DNA from: Lama guanicoe
Lineage: Eukaryota
Direction of reading: 5' to 3'
DNA length: 64,000 nucleotides
Assembly (NCBI GenBank): GCA_013239625.1
Contig: MU056000.1
Coordinates: 9,646,675-9,710,674 of the forward strand
Positions 12,124 to 25,395 of this stretch are shown piece after piece (positions within the stretch are counted from its first letter, which is position 1; every line of letters starts with the position of its first letter). Position numbers and translations under genes: made by a program. Below the pieces are notes generated by a model. That model made no database searches and was not told the origin of the DNA. It worked only from the letters and a program-made list of their open reading frames with translations.

Positions 12124-13472
12124 AAAAATTCTGTCAGATACATGGGCTTAAAACTTTCATTACAATGAACATTAACTACAATTTATTACATCTGATGTTT
12201 CACCTAAAAGAATTTGAACTGTACTTGGTCAAAAACTGCCAAGTGACCAAAATTCCAAGGATCACAACTTAGGGACAAAATATCTACCAAAGGAAATGAT
12301 GTGCGTACTGCCAAAGACATCACTCTACTCTCAGGAATCAAGAAGCTGAAAATCCTCAAAACCCAAGCCTACACCTCTGTCCCAGAGCAAATGCTTGAGT
12401 GCCAGACCCTCAAGTCAGACGGTTGACTCAACACCACTCAACACAATCACGACTTAGAAGTCTTTCTTCATCTTCCAAACGTGGGTCTGTTCCTATGTGT
12501 TCCCAAAATAGCCAATGGAATTATTTATAGTAATTCCACATGCTACTAGAAGAAAAATTAAAATGTCATGCTTACTACAATAACAGTAACAATCAGTGTT
12601 GGTGTCCTGTTAGGTGGGAGGTGGGAGATCTCTGCTACAAATAGTCCAATAGGATTCAGATGAATAAAGACTCTGTCGTTGTTAATATGTAGCTTCCAAA
12701 GTTACTCTAGAACCATTAAGCAGACAGAATATGGGGAGGAAAGAGACTAAAGAAAGCACAACTGCTTCTTAACTACATTGGCCAGGAAGCAACATACATC
12801 CCATCCAATCCCATTCCATTGATGAGAACAAGCCAGGTGGTCTTGACTATATGCAAGGAGGACTGGGCAACGTAGCCTCAAACCAAGAACCCGCATCCCC
12901 ACAGCAGCTCTACACTGTGGGAGAGGACAGACGTCTCTGAGAAAGAGCTCAGCGTCTCTTCCACCTGTTTGCTGCACTGTCCCTGTATCCACAGTGTAAG
13001 CTTTCTGAGAATAAGGACCGTGTCCTGTTCAGCATTTTGTGTCCAGCAGTTAATACAGTCATAAAGGAGGCCCTGATACATAGGTCCAAAGTGTGGATCC
13101 CAGTGACTACCTAAGCCCCAAATTATTACCCTATGGGTGCAGTATAGGAGTATTTTTCAAGGGCTTTGTGGTTATGATTAAGACTAGGGAAAAAATAACT
13201 GCTTGCCTGTATCCTGAAATATCTATCGTGGCTGACCCCAGATTCCTCCACCAGGAGCACTGACTTCAGAAAAAAAAGAAAAGAAAAGAAAAAGAAAAAA
13301 CTTGAAGCTAATTAAATGACATTATTAATCATAATATTAAACTAAGAGTAAAGGAATGACCAGTAAAGAACCTAAGGAAGTGGAGCAGTTTACAAACTGT
13401 AACCAAGAGCCCTCTCCCACGAATGGTGCCTATATGAAGCATTGCCTCCCCAAAGGGAAATTCTCAGATTAC

Positions 13473-13560
13473 CTCTGCTATTCTAGCCTTCTCTGTTGCT
13501 CCTCTGTGCATAACAGCCTTGGCTGGCGGAAATGCCTGATGGCCCATACGGATTTTAACA
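13473..13560 (-). other. Candidate internal exon (88 bp) of an unidentified minus-strand transcript
   Basis: Acceptor ttaatcttttcag| and donor GAG|gtaatc; one open frame VKIRMGHQAFPPAKAVMHRGATEKARIAE (phase 2 to 0). No homology recognised. Confidence 0.3.
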
Positions 13561-14194
13561 CTGAAAAGATTAACCATGTGTAACATGAGACTGCATAGAC
13601 AGCATCTCACCAAACACACCTGCTTTTCTGTGGTAAATAGCCAAGCAGCGTATCCAAGGGTCCATATGGTCTTTGTAGAACAATTTCAGCATATTGTTTT
13701 GAGAGACTGCTTGAACTGAGACTGCTCAGTTCCATTCCAACACACAACCTCATTTTATCAATTTGTTTAATGTGACTTGCCAGACATAACACAATCAAAT
13801 CACAGGTTTCATTAAGTTTGAGAATCTGTGGGCAGAAACTTTACAACAAACAAGAGACAGGAGAAGAAAGAGACTGGAAAGTCTTATTAACCTCAAGCAA
13901 ATAATGAGCTGTAAGTTTAGGCAAACAAAGATGAGTTGAAACAGATTATTGAGTGAGATTTATTAAGGATGTTGGTCGGAAGTTTGGGGCATGGAGAAGA
14001 ACTAGCCGCTGGTCCTGGCAGAAGCTGCAAAAATCAACAGGATGTACAGACTAGACTTGGAAAATTGAAGCACAGCTAATGCAGACATGAGTATCTTGAT
14101 ACCCAATAGATAAGATGCTGCCAGCATTATGCCACCATAAACAGAGGTAAAACCTTATAGTGAAAGTGGGTCCTTCTAATCATAAGGGATTACG

Positions 14195-14735
14195 ATACTT
14201 CTCTGCACAAAGCCCACAATAGCTTACAGGTCTGCTCAGGAGAAAACGAAAGTCTTATCAAAGACATCTAAGGTCCTGCAAGGTGTGAACTCATCTCCTT
14301 CAACCAGGGAGCTGGTTGAACCACAAAGTGCTGTTGCTGCTCCTTAAATTTGATCGTCATGCTCCCGCCTTGGGTTCTGTATGACCTGTTCTCTCTGCTT
14401 GGGAGGTTCTTCTCCCAGAGGTCTGCATAGTCTGCTTGTTTCCTACCCCTTTAGTCCAAGTTTCCACCTCGTCGCCTTCTCAGTGGAGTCCTCGCTGCGC
14501 ATCCTTTACAAAATAGCAGCTTCCTCCTACACACACCTCAGCACTGACCTTAACTTGCTTTTGTCCACAGCACTTGCTACCATCTGACGTTCTGTAAGTT
14601 TTCCTGCGTGTGTGCTCATCTTCCTCCCTCCCTAGAATGTAAGTGCTACAAGGGACAGACTTTGTTTTGTTCACCGCTAGAGCCCCAGTGGAAGGATAGT
14701 GCCTGAATCAGGTTAAAGGACATCTGCCGAATGCA
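14195..14735 (+). mobile_element. L2 LINE 3' end
   Basis: 'ctagaatgtaagtgctacaagggacagactttgttttgttcaccgct...gatagtgcctg' is the typical L2a 3' terminus. Confidence 0.75.
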
Positions 14736-17700
14736 TGGGGTGGTGCTGTAGCCACCGGGCTTCACCTGGTGGTAAAGGTGACTCCTGGGTAGGAACAAAT
14801 AGTGGAGAACTTCCACAAATCCAATGAAGCTGCCAATATTGCATCTATATTAAAAATGGAAATATTAAGTGATAAAATAGATAGATAGTAAGTTACCGAG
14901 CAGGACTGAACCGCAGGCCGGCATGACTCCATGAAAAAAGAACTCTTTAGATAAGGAGGAAGCAAAACTTGGGCAATTAAAAATGATTTTTATCAATTCT
15001 TTCCCAAGCCCCTAAAATTAGAAAGAATAACTACAAAAAGAAGGTTTAAACCCTACACAGATACATAGAAATTAAAGGGAGAAAGGCAGAAAGAGATCAA
15101 CACATTTTCAGACAAAAATGACACTAGGTCTGGCAGATTTGTGAAAGCTGAATTCTAAGAGACTGCAGAGGAGGAAGAGGAGAAGAGGGTGGATGACAGG
15201 AAAGTCAGTTTGAGCCTAAGAACCCAGGACAGTCTCAGGCATTAGAGGTGTCAGCTACCATGGAGGGTGGGGGTAGAACAAGAGACTCAAAGTACGTGAA
15301 TTAGTGAAATGTCTATGCGAGGAGAACTCACATTCTGCTCTCCCCCCAGCACATCCTCTCGTGATTACTAGCGTCCTTCCACCTAACAGGAGATGGAAAG
15401 TTGTTCTGTGGAGATTCTGCACTAGAAAGGGCTTCAGACTGGGAGAAAACAGCTGAAGAAACTTACTGAAAACAGAAGCACAAGTTAAGAGAGTAGTGAA
15501 AAGAAAGATCTCTGAGCCATTTTCCCATTTGTCTCCCAAAGACGGCAGCCAGCTGAAGACTGTCCACTGAAAACTCTCAAAAATGTGCACCTCCAAAATG
15601 TTTACCTTCTCTTATGCGAAGGCAATAGATAACGTTGAAAATGGATAAACAGGGGGACAGCAGGCATACACATTTTCTTTAGGAACACAGGAATAAACAT
15701 TGGGGGAATAAAGCAGGATTTGTTTAGAAATGATTTGCTCTTTGGAGGGGAACTCAGGGGTCAGAAAGAGTAGGGCAAGGGATAGCTGTTCATCATTAAA
15801 TGTCTTCTAGTCCTGCTTGACCAATGAATCTTTACACTCATACTACAGCAACAGACTTTTTAATTAAAAAATCAAATAATAAATAATTTATAAAGAAAAA
15901 GAATGATGGATAAATCTGCTATGTTGTTTATCATCCTACGTGGGCTTTTCAACAATCCTGCCTAATTTCTGGTGAAAGTAAGTTTTCAGGATTAGACAAA
16001 AACATCTGAAAAGAGATGACATATGCAGACTTGACTTCTCTGCCCGAGTTCCTGAGCATTTGCGCTACAGAAATTAGCCCCTGCTGAGACCTAAAGCAGG
16101 GGCTGTTCTGCCACTAGAAATGTTGCAATATTTCCTCACTTGTATGGTGGCCCAAGTTGTCTCTTTATACGTAAGACTGAGGTACTAAAAGTCCAAATTG
16201 AAGCCCTGTAGACACGGGGGAGTCAAGTTGATTGGTGGCTTTTCTTTTCATTTGCCTGTTATTCCAGATTCTGATACAGATGGGGCTGTGTGTCATTTTT
16301 ATTTTGACCCAAGGTGACAGGACTCTGCCTAGCACCGCGTGACAGGAGCAGAAGTATCAGCTGTATTCCCTAAATCATCTCGTGCTGAATCCCCATCCAT
16401 AACCACTGAGGGCTCAGAGGTCTCCTTTACCCAGTAAAATGGACAACAGTTCTGTAACCCTTGAAAATCCTACTGTGGGGACTGCTCAGATTTCTGCACC
16501 CAACACAGGTGCAATCTCAAAAGAGAGCTGCGTATATACCCCTTTCTCACAGAAAGAGCACATTAGTCAACAAGTGGTAAGAAAACAACAGGACCTATGC
16601 TTCAAATGAACAGTTTTATTTGAGTCCCTGTGGTTCTGAACCATGCGAGAAGGTTGGGAGAAAGGTGGGGACAAATATTTGGCGTCTAATCACGGCTTTT
16701 GTTGAAGGTCTGCTATTGTATCACCTGTTTACTCTCACTGCTTGCTGTCATCCCTTGGCCAGTGGAAGAGAAGGCGACAGTTTCCGAGACCCTGCCAGAG
16801 GAGAATTTCTCCTTCCTGGCTCACTCCACAGAAATGCTCTTTCCCCCGGAGTCCCACCACCCTCCAAGGAGGTCCTCTCAGGGAAAGCATGACTCTAGGT
16901 CCGCAGGAAAGACCCACCCATGCAGGACCCAAGGCAGCCCCTGTTCCTTCAGTGCAGCCCTCAGAACACTCTACCAGCCATACTCTCTGGGGCAAGAGAT
17001 TTGACAAGCAAGAGATCATCTGAGGCCACTGTGCCCATACTTCATGCTATTCAAATGGTCTTGTTAAAGCCCCAGATGATCTCATTAGCATCTTGTGGAA
17101 GGGGAATTAGACTCACAAAATTCCAAGAACTCTTTCAAAAGCCATCTTTCTCTCAAATCTTTCTCCCTTTTCTGAACATTTCTATGTCCTTCTTACAGGT
17201 GATGAGTTTGGTGATTTGTAAAACTGATTCCTATATATTTCTTTAAAATTGTTTTCTCTACAGCCAGAAATTTTCTTTGGAATTTTATATCTATCTTGAT
17301 CCCTCACTTCATAGTTACAGTGAGCCTTCTATGGCATGGGGAAAAGACTGAAACCAGGATTCAAACCCAGGCCTGGGGATTTTCTACAGGACCGTACTGA
17401 TCCTACAAACACTGCTGCCACTGACAGGACCACAAGGATGCCCCATAACTGGCACAAAATTTGCCAGCATAGGCTCTATAGAGATGGAGAAATATTCAAG
17501 GTATTTTAGATACAGAGGCCAAAATAAGGTTGACATTTTAAGAAATGAGTTCTTGGTAGACATGGGAGGTTGATAATCTGCAGGGAAGCCTCTCACAGCT
17601 CTAAGACATCAACACAACCACAATTCTGGGCAGTGAGAACATCAAACAGCCTCATCTAATACAACACTCAGTTGGCTTGCCCACAGGAGCTCAGCATCCT

Positions 17701-20639
17701 GGTTGTGTCATTTCATGAACTATCAGGGTTGGAATAACCCTTAAAGACCATCTGTCCAGCACCTTCCTCCCACAGTGGGGAAACTCAGGCTCAGAGAAGT
17801 GAGCGACAAGTCCAACCAGCACGTGGCAAAACCAGAACTTAGACTCAGGACTCAGGCTACTTACTCTTTCTCTCTCTCCCTTGACATTTGTCATAGTGTC
17901 CCAGAAACTTTTTAAAACACAAAAATATTAAGTGATAGTAGATGTGTTTTGAGAAATTACATTTGCAGTAATGAGGCTCAATGAAATTCTAAAATGTCAT
18001 CTGTATTTCCATTGAGTTTTGCATTATTAATACGACACTGCTTTCTTAAGACCAGGGTACAGAAAAAGACCAAAGGTAATGCTTGTTAGATTCCATTCAT
18101 ATGTCATCTTTCGATTGTTATGCAAAAGCATCCCAAACGATGCATTTCGCTGTAAAGATAATTTCCCTAGGTGTGCTGAAAAATGAACCTGAATGATACA
18201 AGGTATCACTTATGCTCAGCATGATATACCTATATTGAACCACGCTCAGTGAAAAATACCTTATTGAAGATTTTATATTTCAGGGTTAGTTTACATATTT
18301 GTTTCCAAATTCTGAGATATTCGCCTACTTAACATGGACATTTTCTGATGAGCCGACTTCTTCTGAGAGCTAGACTAAAACATACAGATGGGTCAAAACA
18401 CGTGTGTTTCACACAACGGGAAGGAAAGAGGACAGTGATCCCTCCACCAGGTCCTGAGGTACCTAAGATGCTCAGAGAAAAGAGTCTCCTCCCCGTGGGG
18501 CATCCTTGGAGGAGAGCCAGACTTCAGCCAGGAGGAAAAGGGTAAAGGAAACATTTCAGAAAGAGGTTGTGCAAGAGGTCACAGTGCAAGAGTTTGAGAA
18601 AGTGGGGAGGGGCATGAGATAGGGCCAAATTAAGGGTGTGCAGAGTAGTTAGGGAAAAGGATTCTTGCTCTCACAGATGGTGTGAAAGGCGGAAACTTAT
18701 GATGGTGACAGAACAGTTAGGGATATGCGGCATAGTGGGTAAAATACAAGAACATTTTCCTCCTTAGAAATTTGTACACATTCTGTATTGTTCTGGGAAA
18801 ATTAATGGAGGCAGGATAGTGTCTCCCACTTTTTCCTACACCTATCCACTTACAGGGACAATTAGTTCCCGTCTCCTGGGGCTCCAGCCCATGTTAACCT
18901 AGAATGATTAAAGGTAGTCTCTGATGAGAGAAAAAACTGAGACAGGTAGTCCTTAGTTCAATCACCCCCTAGTTTTATGCTAAGAGGTGGTGAACATTTG
19001 CAAAGGAAGAGTTAATTTTGTATACAATCCACCAAGGCTGGAGGAAGTAGGGACACTTTTTCATCCCCTCTCCCTTTACACAGGAACTGAGGAGACCACC
19101 CTGCCACCCCACACTGCAGAGGCTAAATCCAGATGGAAATGGATAGCCAGAGCTGGAGGATGAGAAAAAAGTCAGACCAGGAGGGCAAAAGTTTTTTTTT
19201 TTTTTAGTGCCAAGAGGGCCATGGGGACCAAAAAGACAGGAGAGATGGGAGAAGGAAAGAAAGATGAAAAAGTAGTAGAGGAAAGATACCCTGATACTTG
19301 TCCCAAATCAACCTGTCGTGAGCCAGAGCACACTCAAGGAGCAACATTTTGGACCATCAACTGGACTTTGTGCAATGCTTTATTATCTAATAGTATGGTT
19401 TGATTTCTACTAGAAGGTTGTTTATCCCTCAGTAAACATTTGCAGGTATTTATTCATTAATTATTATTATTCATTAGTTGTTACTTGCCTCTTAATGTTA
19501 ATAGCCTGAAATACAAAGATAAATAAGACAAGGTCCAGAGTCAATTTAAAAATGTTCTCAAGTTGGTAGGGGAGGTAAAGCATAAAGATAATGCCCTGAG
19601 GGTAAGCGCTAATGGAGAATGGAGACAAGGGCCATCAGCTGAGCCAGGGTGGCAGCAGAGCCCACTAACCTCAGATGTTGGTGTTTTGATCAGTGTCGGG
19701 GTCAGCTTTCCAAAAGGAAAAATGAGGGCAAATGTTTTCAAGGCAGAGGCACCTGCAGCAGTTAGGAAGACCTGGGGAAAAATCATAGCACATCCAAAAG
19801 GCAGAAGTCTGTTGGGCACAGGGACAGTGGGTGGAAGTGACAAATGTTAGAATAGTTCCAAAAGGTGTGTAGGGGCCAGCCTATGAAGGACCTGACATTT
19901 TAATCTTATCCTAAAGTTTCTTGGAATTCCTGAAGGATATAGGCCTGAGGAATCAGCCAGTAGTGTGACGAGTTCCCCTTAGGGAAAGGTAACCTGTTAG
20001 AAAAATGAGATGAGTAGGAGAGAACAGATAGAAGGAAATAGGATGACTTGGGAGACCAATGCAAAGGTTAATTGGAAGAGGGTGACAGAGACCCAGCTGT
20101 GAGAGAAACAAGCTGAAAACAAAAAACTCATGAACTGATGCGAGCCAGGGTTTATGGTCATTTCATAAATACAGTTACGCAGCAGGCTCTTCAGCGGGAC
20201 CATACCCTTCATTTTCCCATTGTTTCTATGGAGACATTTGATTCAACATACATCATTTTTAGTTATAGAGTAAGTGTCCGGAATTAACTGCTTGGATCAT
20301 GAGAACAACCTAAACCAGTTTGCTGTCTCATGAACTGAGAAGCGTCACACACAGCTTGGGCTTCTCCAGCAATAATAGTACAAGGTCTCACCACCCGCAA
20401 GCCCTCAGTAATACAATTACTTAAAGATTTACTTCAAGGAAAAGGAAAGTGAAGCTGGAAGGGTCACAGTGATTATTAAATATTTTGATATATTTAATTA
20501 ACTATGGATTGCTTTAATAAAAGTAAGTTTGCATTTTAAAAATGTAGAACAAAATTCTAGACAACAATAACTAGAAAGCTAGCTAAAACTCTGTTGTTAC
20601 TGTCAAAATCTTTAGAAAAAAATTACAGTTTTGTGTGTA

Positions 20640-21502
20640 TACTAAAACTTAAGGTCTTGGTGGCTGAAGCTGAAACAAATTGAGCAACAAAATAAGTAGT
20701 ATTAGATTATAACACAAAATGACAAATACATATCCGGGAGACCACACAGATCTTTTTAAATGATTGAATACGTAAGTAAAATGGTATAAGTAAAATAAAC
20801 AAAGCTCCTACCCAGAAGAATTCCAAAGAATTTCTTTATAAACTCTGAAGGAGTCTGACACCCCACCCCAAGAGCTTCCCTTACCTCATTTTGGTGACTT
20901 TCTTCCAGAAGCACAGTAGAGAAAGGGAAAGAAAAAGAGTGACTTCACCATGGAGAAACCTGGCAAACACAGCTTTTGCTTGCAAGTGATGAAGGTCAAC
21001 ATCAGCCGTGAGAGGCTGTGTTGACAGCATGTACCCTTGATGTGATGTGATGAAAATGGCACTTTAGCCCTGTGGTCTTCCTCACAGGAAACCATAGCCC
21101 CAGTCCAATAATGAGTAAAACATCAGAAAAATCCCAGTAGTGGGACATTCTACCAAAAACCTGATGAGTACTTCTCAAGACTGTCAAGGTCATCAAAAAC
21201 AAGGAAAGTATGAAAAACTGTCACAGCCAAGAGGCTCCTAAGGAGACATGATAACTAAATGCAATGTGGTATCCTGAATGGGACCTTGGAAAAGAAAAAG
21301 GATATTAAGTAAAAGAATAGGAAATCTGAAAAAAATATGGTCTCTACTTAATACATCAACATTCATTTATTACTTGTTAAAAAAACACACTAATATGATA
21401 TATTAATAATAGGAGAAAATGGATGTAGGATATATGGGAAATCTGTGTTATCTTGACAATTTTTCTGTCAATCTAAAATTATTCCAATAAAGTTGATTTT
21501 TA
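20640..21502 (+). mobile_element. Old L1 3' UTR (L1MC-like)
   Basis: 'ggagaaacctggcaaacac...gtaccttgatgtgatgtgatgaaaatggcacttta' and terminus 'tttttctgtcaatctaaaattattccaataaag'. Confidence 0.75.
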
Positions 21503-21714
21503 ATTTATTTTAATTTAAGGACTTTTAACTCCCCAGAGAGAAAAAAAAAGAAATAAAAAAATTATTAGTTATCTAGTCAACGGCAAGAAAAGAGAATTTT
21601 AAAAAGCAAAAAAAAGGTAAACAGAGAAGTTTAGAATAAATCCAAATGTATCAACAACCAAAATAAGAACAAATCTTTTCAATTCGCACACTAAACCACA
21701 GAATGAAAAAGATC

Positions 21715-22020
21715 TCTATGTATTACATGGATAGATCTCAAAAACATAATGTAGTATGAAAAACGCAAGTTGCAGACAACATAGTGACATTTATGTAACA
21801 GTTAACACAAAATGATTATATATATTGTGTGTATATATATATATATATATAGTCCATGAAAAAATATGTATATAGTACAAATATGAAAGAATAGCTAGAA
21901 AAATATGAAAACACAGCTTATTTAAAGAAAGTGATTCCTTCTGGAGACAGAAAGGGGAATGGATTGTGAAAAGGTTCAAAGGAATCTTTAACTGTATTTG
22001 CAGGTTTTTATCTCCTTACA
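21715..22020 (+). mobile_element. Old L1 3' end (L1ME-like) with internal (TA)n
   Basis: 'acatggatagatctcaaaaacataatgtagtatgaaaaacgcaagttgcaga' motif. Confidence 0.55.
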
Positions 22021-22524
22021 ATAGACCTGATAAAACAAAAAATAAGAACTGTCATTCAAATTCAACTGTATTAAGGTTGTTCCTGGATTAAATTAAATAA
22101 ATCAGAGCAAGCCTGAACTATATTAATTAACCTGTATTAACCTCATCACCCTAGTATTTATCTCATTCTGTTTATGTAAACTATGAAGCTATGAAGTTTT
22201 AACTTACATGACACCAAAGTTCATTCACCGTTAACACATGATGAAGTACAATTAAAGCCATCTATTGACTTTTTAATATAACCTTCAATTAACTCATGAC
22301 CTGATGAAATAAGACAAAACGACAATGAGCTTATTCAGGAATAGTTAGTCTGTTTCAGGGATGAAATTTAGAATAGAGTTAAATGATAAACAATTTTTCT
22401 CAAGATGTAACTGAATCAATCTTTCCATTAATTCCCAGGAAACAGAAAAAGCCTATAATTAGTACGTGTGTTTCTTTTCATTTGTTTTGTTTTGGTTTAA
22501 AACTCTAACATAATTTTTTTTTTA

Positions 22525-22790
22525 AGGGAAGGAGAAGAGAATAAAAAGGAAACAAAGAAAGGAGGACAGAGAAAGGGAGGAGGAAGAAGAGAGGAGAGAG
22601 TAAAGAGAAGAGAAGGGAAGGGAAGGGAGAGGGGGCAAGTGGGAATAGAGCCCTGGAGGCTGGAGCAAAGGAAAGAAGAGGGGAGAGCAGGGGAAGGGAG
22701 GCAAGACAGGGACAGGCGGGGAGGAAAGGGAGAAGAGGAAGTCGGAAGTAGAATCCGGGAAGGAGACTTCCTCACCAGAGGAAAGAAAGG
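22525..22790. repeat. Polypurine (GA-rich) low-complexity tract
   Basis: About 265 bp, mostly G/A on the + strand; accounts for the spurious S/P/L/F-rich ORFs at 22497-22904. Confidence 0.85.
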
Positions 22791-24116
22791 ATGATGCAAA
22801 GCCACCAGATGCCTGATTAAAAGAGATTCACAGGGGTTAATAAAGCTTGACTCTTCCTTGAATATAAGACTTGAAGGTGAGTTGCTAGTACCCATCATAA
22901 ACAAAAATTCGAACTAGCTCCACTCGTAGCACTTAATTTGGTCAAAAAGGGCTGAACAAAATGAGATAGGTCAAGAGACTTGTTCAAAATGATGGCTTTA
23001 TAGCAAATATATATTCCCTAACAGCTTTTTAGGGCATCACAGGGAAACTCTGTAATGTTTCATGTCATTTTCAGGACACTATTTCCTACTTTAGTTATTA
23101 TTTAGTCCTTCTCTGTGAGATTTGCATTAGAAACATCTTAATTATTAAAATTATAATGAGCCATATGAAAAGATGGACAAACAGGATCAACAAACGTTTT
23201 ACAAAAAGAAAAATTTCCCCCAATTTGTGCAATTTAAAAAATTATAAAAACTTTTTGGAATCCAGCAGACATAATTGGCAAAAAATATATTTTAAACTTT
23301 CCAACTGTTTTTATTTTGTAATTAGAGTGTTTTCTCTTATCATAAAAACAGTGCATTCTCATCACAGAATATGCAGATTAACAAGAAGAAACTAAAGAAT
23401 ACCCATAACATCAACCACTCAGAGGCAATCCTCATCAACACTCATAAGTGTCTTAACATCCCAATAATTGTTTTCACACACAAAAAAAATTTTTTTGACC
23501 AGATCACCTGGGGCCCTAGACATTACTTTCAATGAATGCCAGCAACAATTTGACCTATTAAAAACTTATAAATTGTTTTCTGACTTCCTCTTCAATCTAT
23601 AATTTCACAGTATTCCTGGAAGCACCAACTGGTTCTGATTCCCATCCCAGGAGCCTGGTTTCCTAGCATGCAGAGTTGGCAATGGATTTAACCAGACTCC
23701 TGTTGGGTGGTGCCAACCCTTGAACCATCTCTAAGTTGCTTTTACAGATGCTTTATCTCCATCCTGTGTGGGTGGCATTCTTTTCATTTCTCTGTTTTTT
23801 ACAACCTATATGTCATTAGTGGCCTAACCTAAGCTACGTTGCTTGAATTTTGGAAGCAGAGGTAGGAGCCGCACATTTAAACCGAGGCTGATGGGCCAAG
23901 ATGCTGGTGGTAATTAAGGGCAAAGGACTAGCTAGTCCCAAAGAGGGTCCAGGAGGCAGGAGATGCACATGTAACTTGAGGAAGTGCATAATATTTGTGT
24001 CTTGTGGATGCTGACTCAAAACTCTTCCCTTCCAAGTTTACAGAAAGGAAAGGGGAATGGAATACTTCAACATAGAAATTGCATCAATCCTGAACAAGTT
24101 GCTGTGAGCCATTACG

Positions 24117-24535
24117 TATTTTTATTGAGCTATAATTGACATATAACATTATATGTTTTCATTGTACAACATAATGATTTGATTATATATGTATTGTGGA
24201 ATGATCACCACAATAATTTTAGTTACCACCCATCACCACACATGGTTCCAAAATATTTTTCCTGTCATGAGACCTTTTAAGATTTCTCTTAGTAACTTTC
24301 AAATATGCAATACAGCTTGTTAAGTACAGTCACCATCATTACAGACATTTGACCTGGAAAAAAGCATTGAAAGCCAAAATGTTCTCACAATTAAAAAAAA
24401 AAAGTACTGATTTTACACCTGGACAAGTCTGGGCTCTCGTTTGTGGGAAAGCCATCTCTAGGTCTATCCATGTTGCTGCAAATGGCATTATTTCATTCTT
24501 TTTATGGATGAGTAGTATTCCATTGTATAAATATA
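24117..24535 (-). mobile_element. L1 3' fragments (L1MA-like), two pieces
   Basis: 'tttattgagctataattgacatataacattat...gtacaacataatgatt' and 'tctaggtctatccatgttgctgcaaatggcattatttcattctttttatgg'. Confidence 0.7.
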
Positions 24536-25249
24536 CTGGAATTTGACATTCTTAATAGCCACAAGCAGAGCTGAATAACGCAACCCCCAAGTACAGGGAA
24601 GAGAATTCTTTGTGAAGTTTGATCAATGGTCAACAGGAAACAGGAGGGAGCCAAACTCCAGCCCACCATGGACTACTCTTTGCCCCCCGGTGCTGAGGAG
24701 ATACACCTGTGGGGACCAGGGGTGTCTTTTCCCAGCTCTTTGCAGTGGAGCTGCTGGTTTGGTACTGCACCCCTTCACATCTTTACTTATCTTTCTTCTC
24801 CCTCTTACTGCCTTAGAGTTGCAGCTCCCAGATAACACATTAGTGCTTTCAATCTTTGCTTCAAATTCTGCATTCTAAAAAACCAAGGCTAAGACTGAAT
24901 CTAAAGAGTAATAAACTTTTATCTTTGAAGACTTCAAAAAAACAGAAAAGTTTCACCTAAACTTGATTTTTTACTGATTTCATTCATTCAAATTCTAGAT
25001 TTAAAAATCTAGAGTAAGTTCAAATTAAATGTGTCAGGTCCTTAAGGAAATATTGCGATATATATAAGCTCACCAATTTCAAACTGAGAAAATGTTCTTG
25101 GAAATTTTTGTAATTAGCTACCCGCCTTCAAGCACTCCGAATAGTGATAATAAAAATGTTACTCTAGAAAAAATGCAATATAGCTAAAATCAACGATCTA
25201 GGAAACTCTGGGGTGAACAACCAAACATTTGTCAAAGTTTATTACTTAC

Positions 25250-25395
25250 CCTCCTCATCCACATTATAAAAACAAATATAGTATAGGCGACACGTGAAAG
25301 TCCCATTACAGTGAACTTCATTGTCTAGACAAACTGATTTGTTGTGGTTCAAAGCCTGCACGTTCCTCAAGTGGCTGGAATTCATCCTCAGGCAG
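25250..25395 (-). CDS. Candidate internal coding exon (146 bp), unidentified gene
   Basis: Strong acceptor ctcttttatttccag| and donor GAGG|gtaagt; open frame CLRMNSSHLRNVQALNHNKSVCLDNEVHCNGTFTCRLYYICFYNVDEE(G), phase 2 to 1. Confidence 0.4.

Noticed and set aside
22497..22904. 135-aa S/P/L-rich ORF
   Set aside because: Translation of a polypyrimidine tract, which naturally lacks stop codons.
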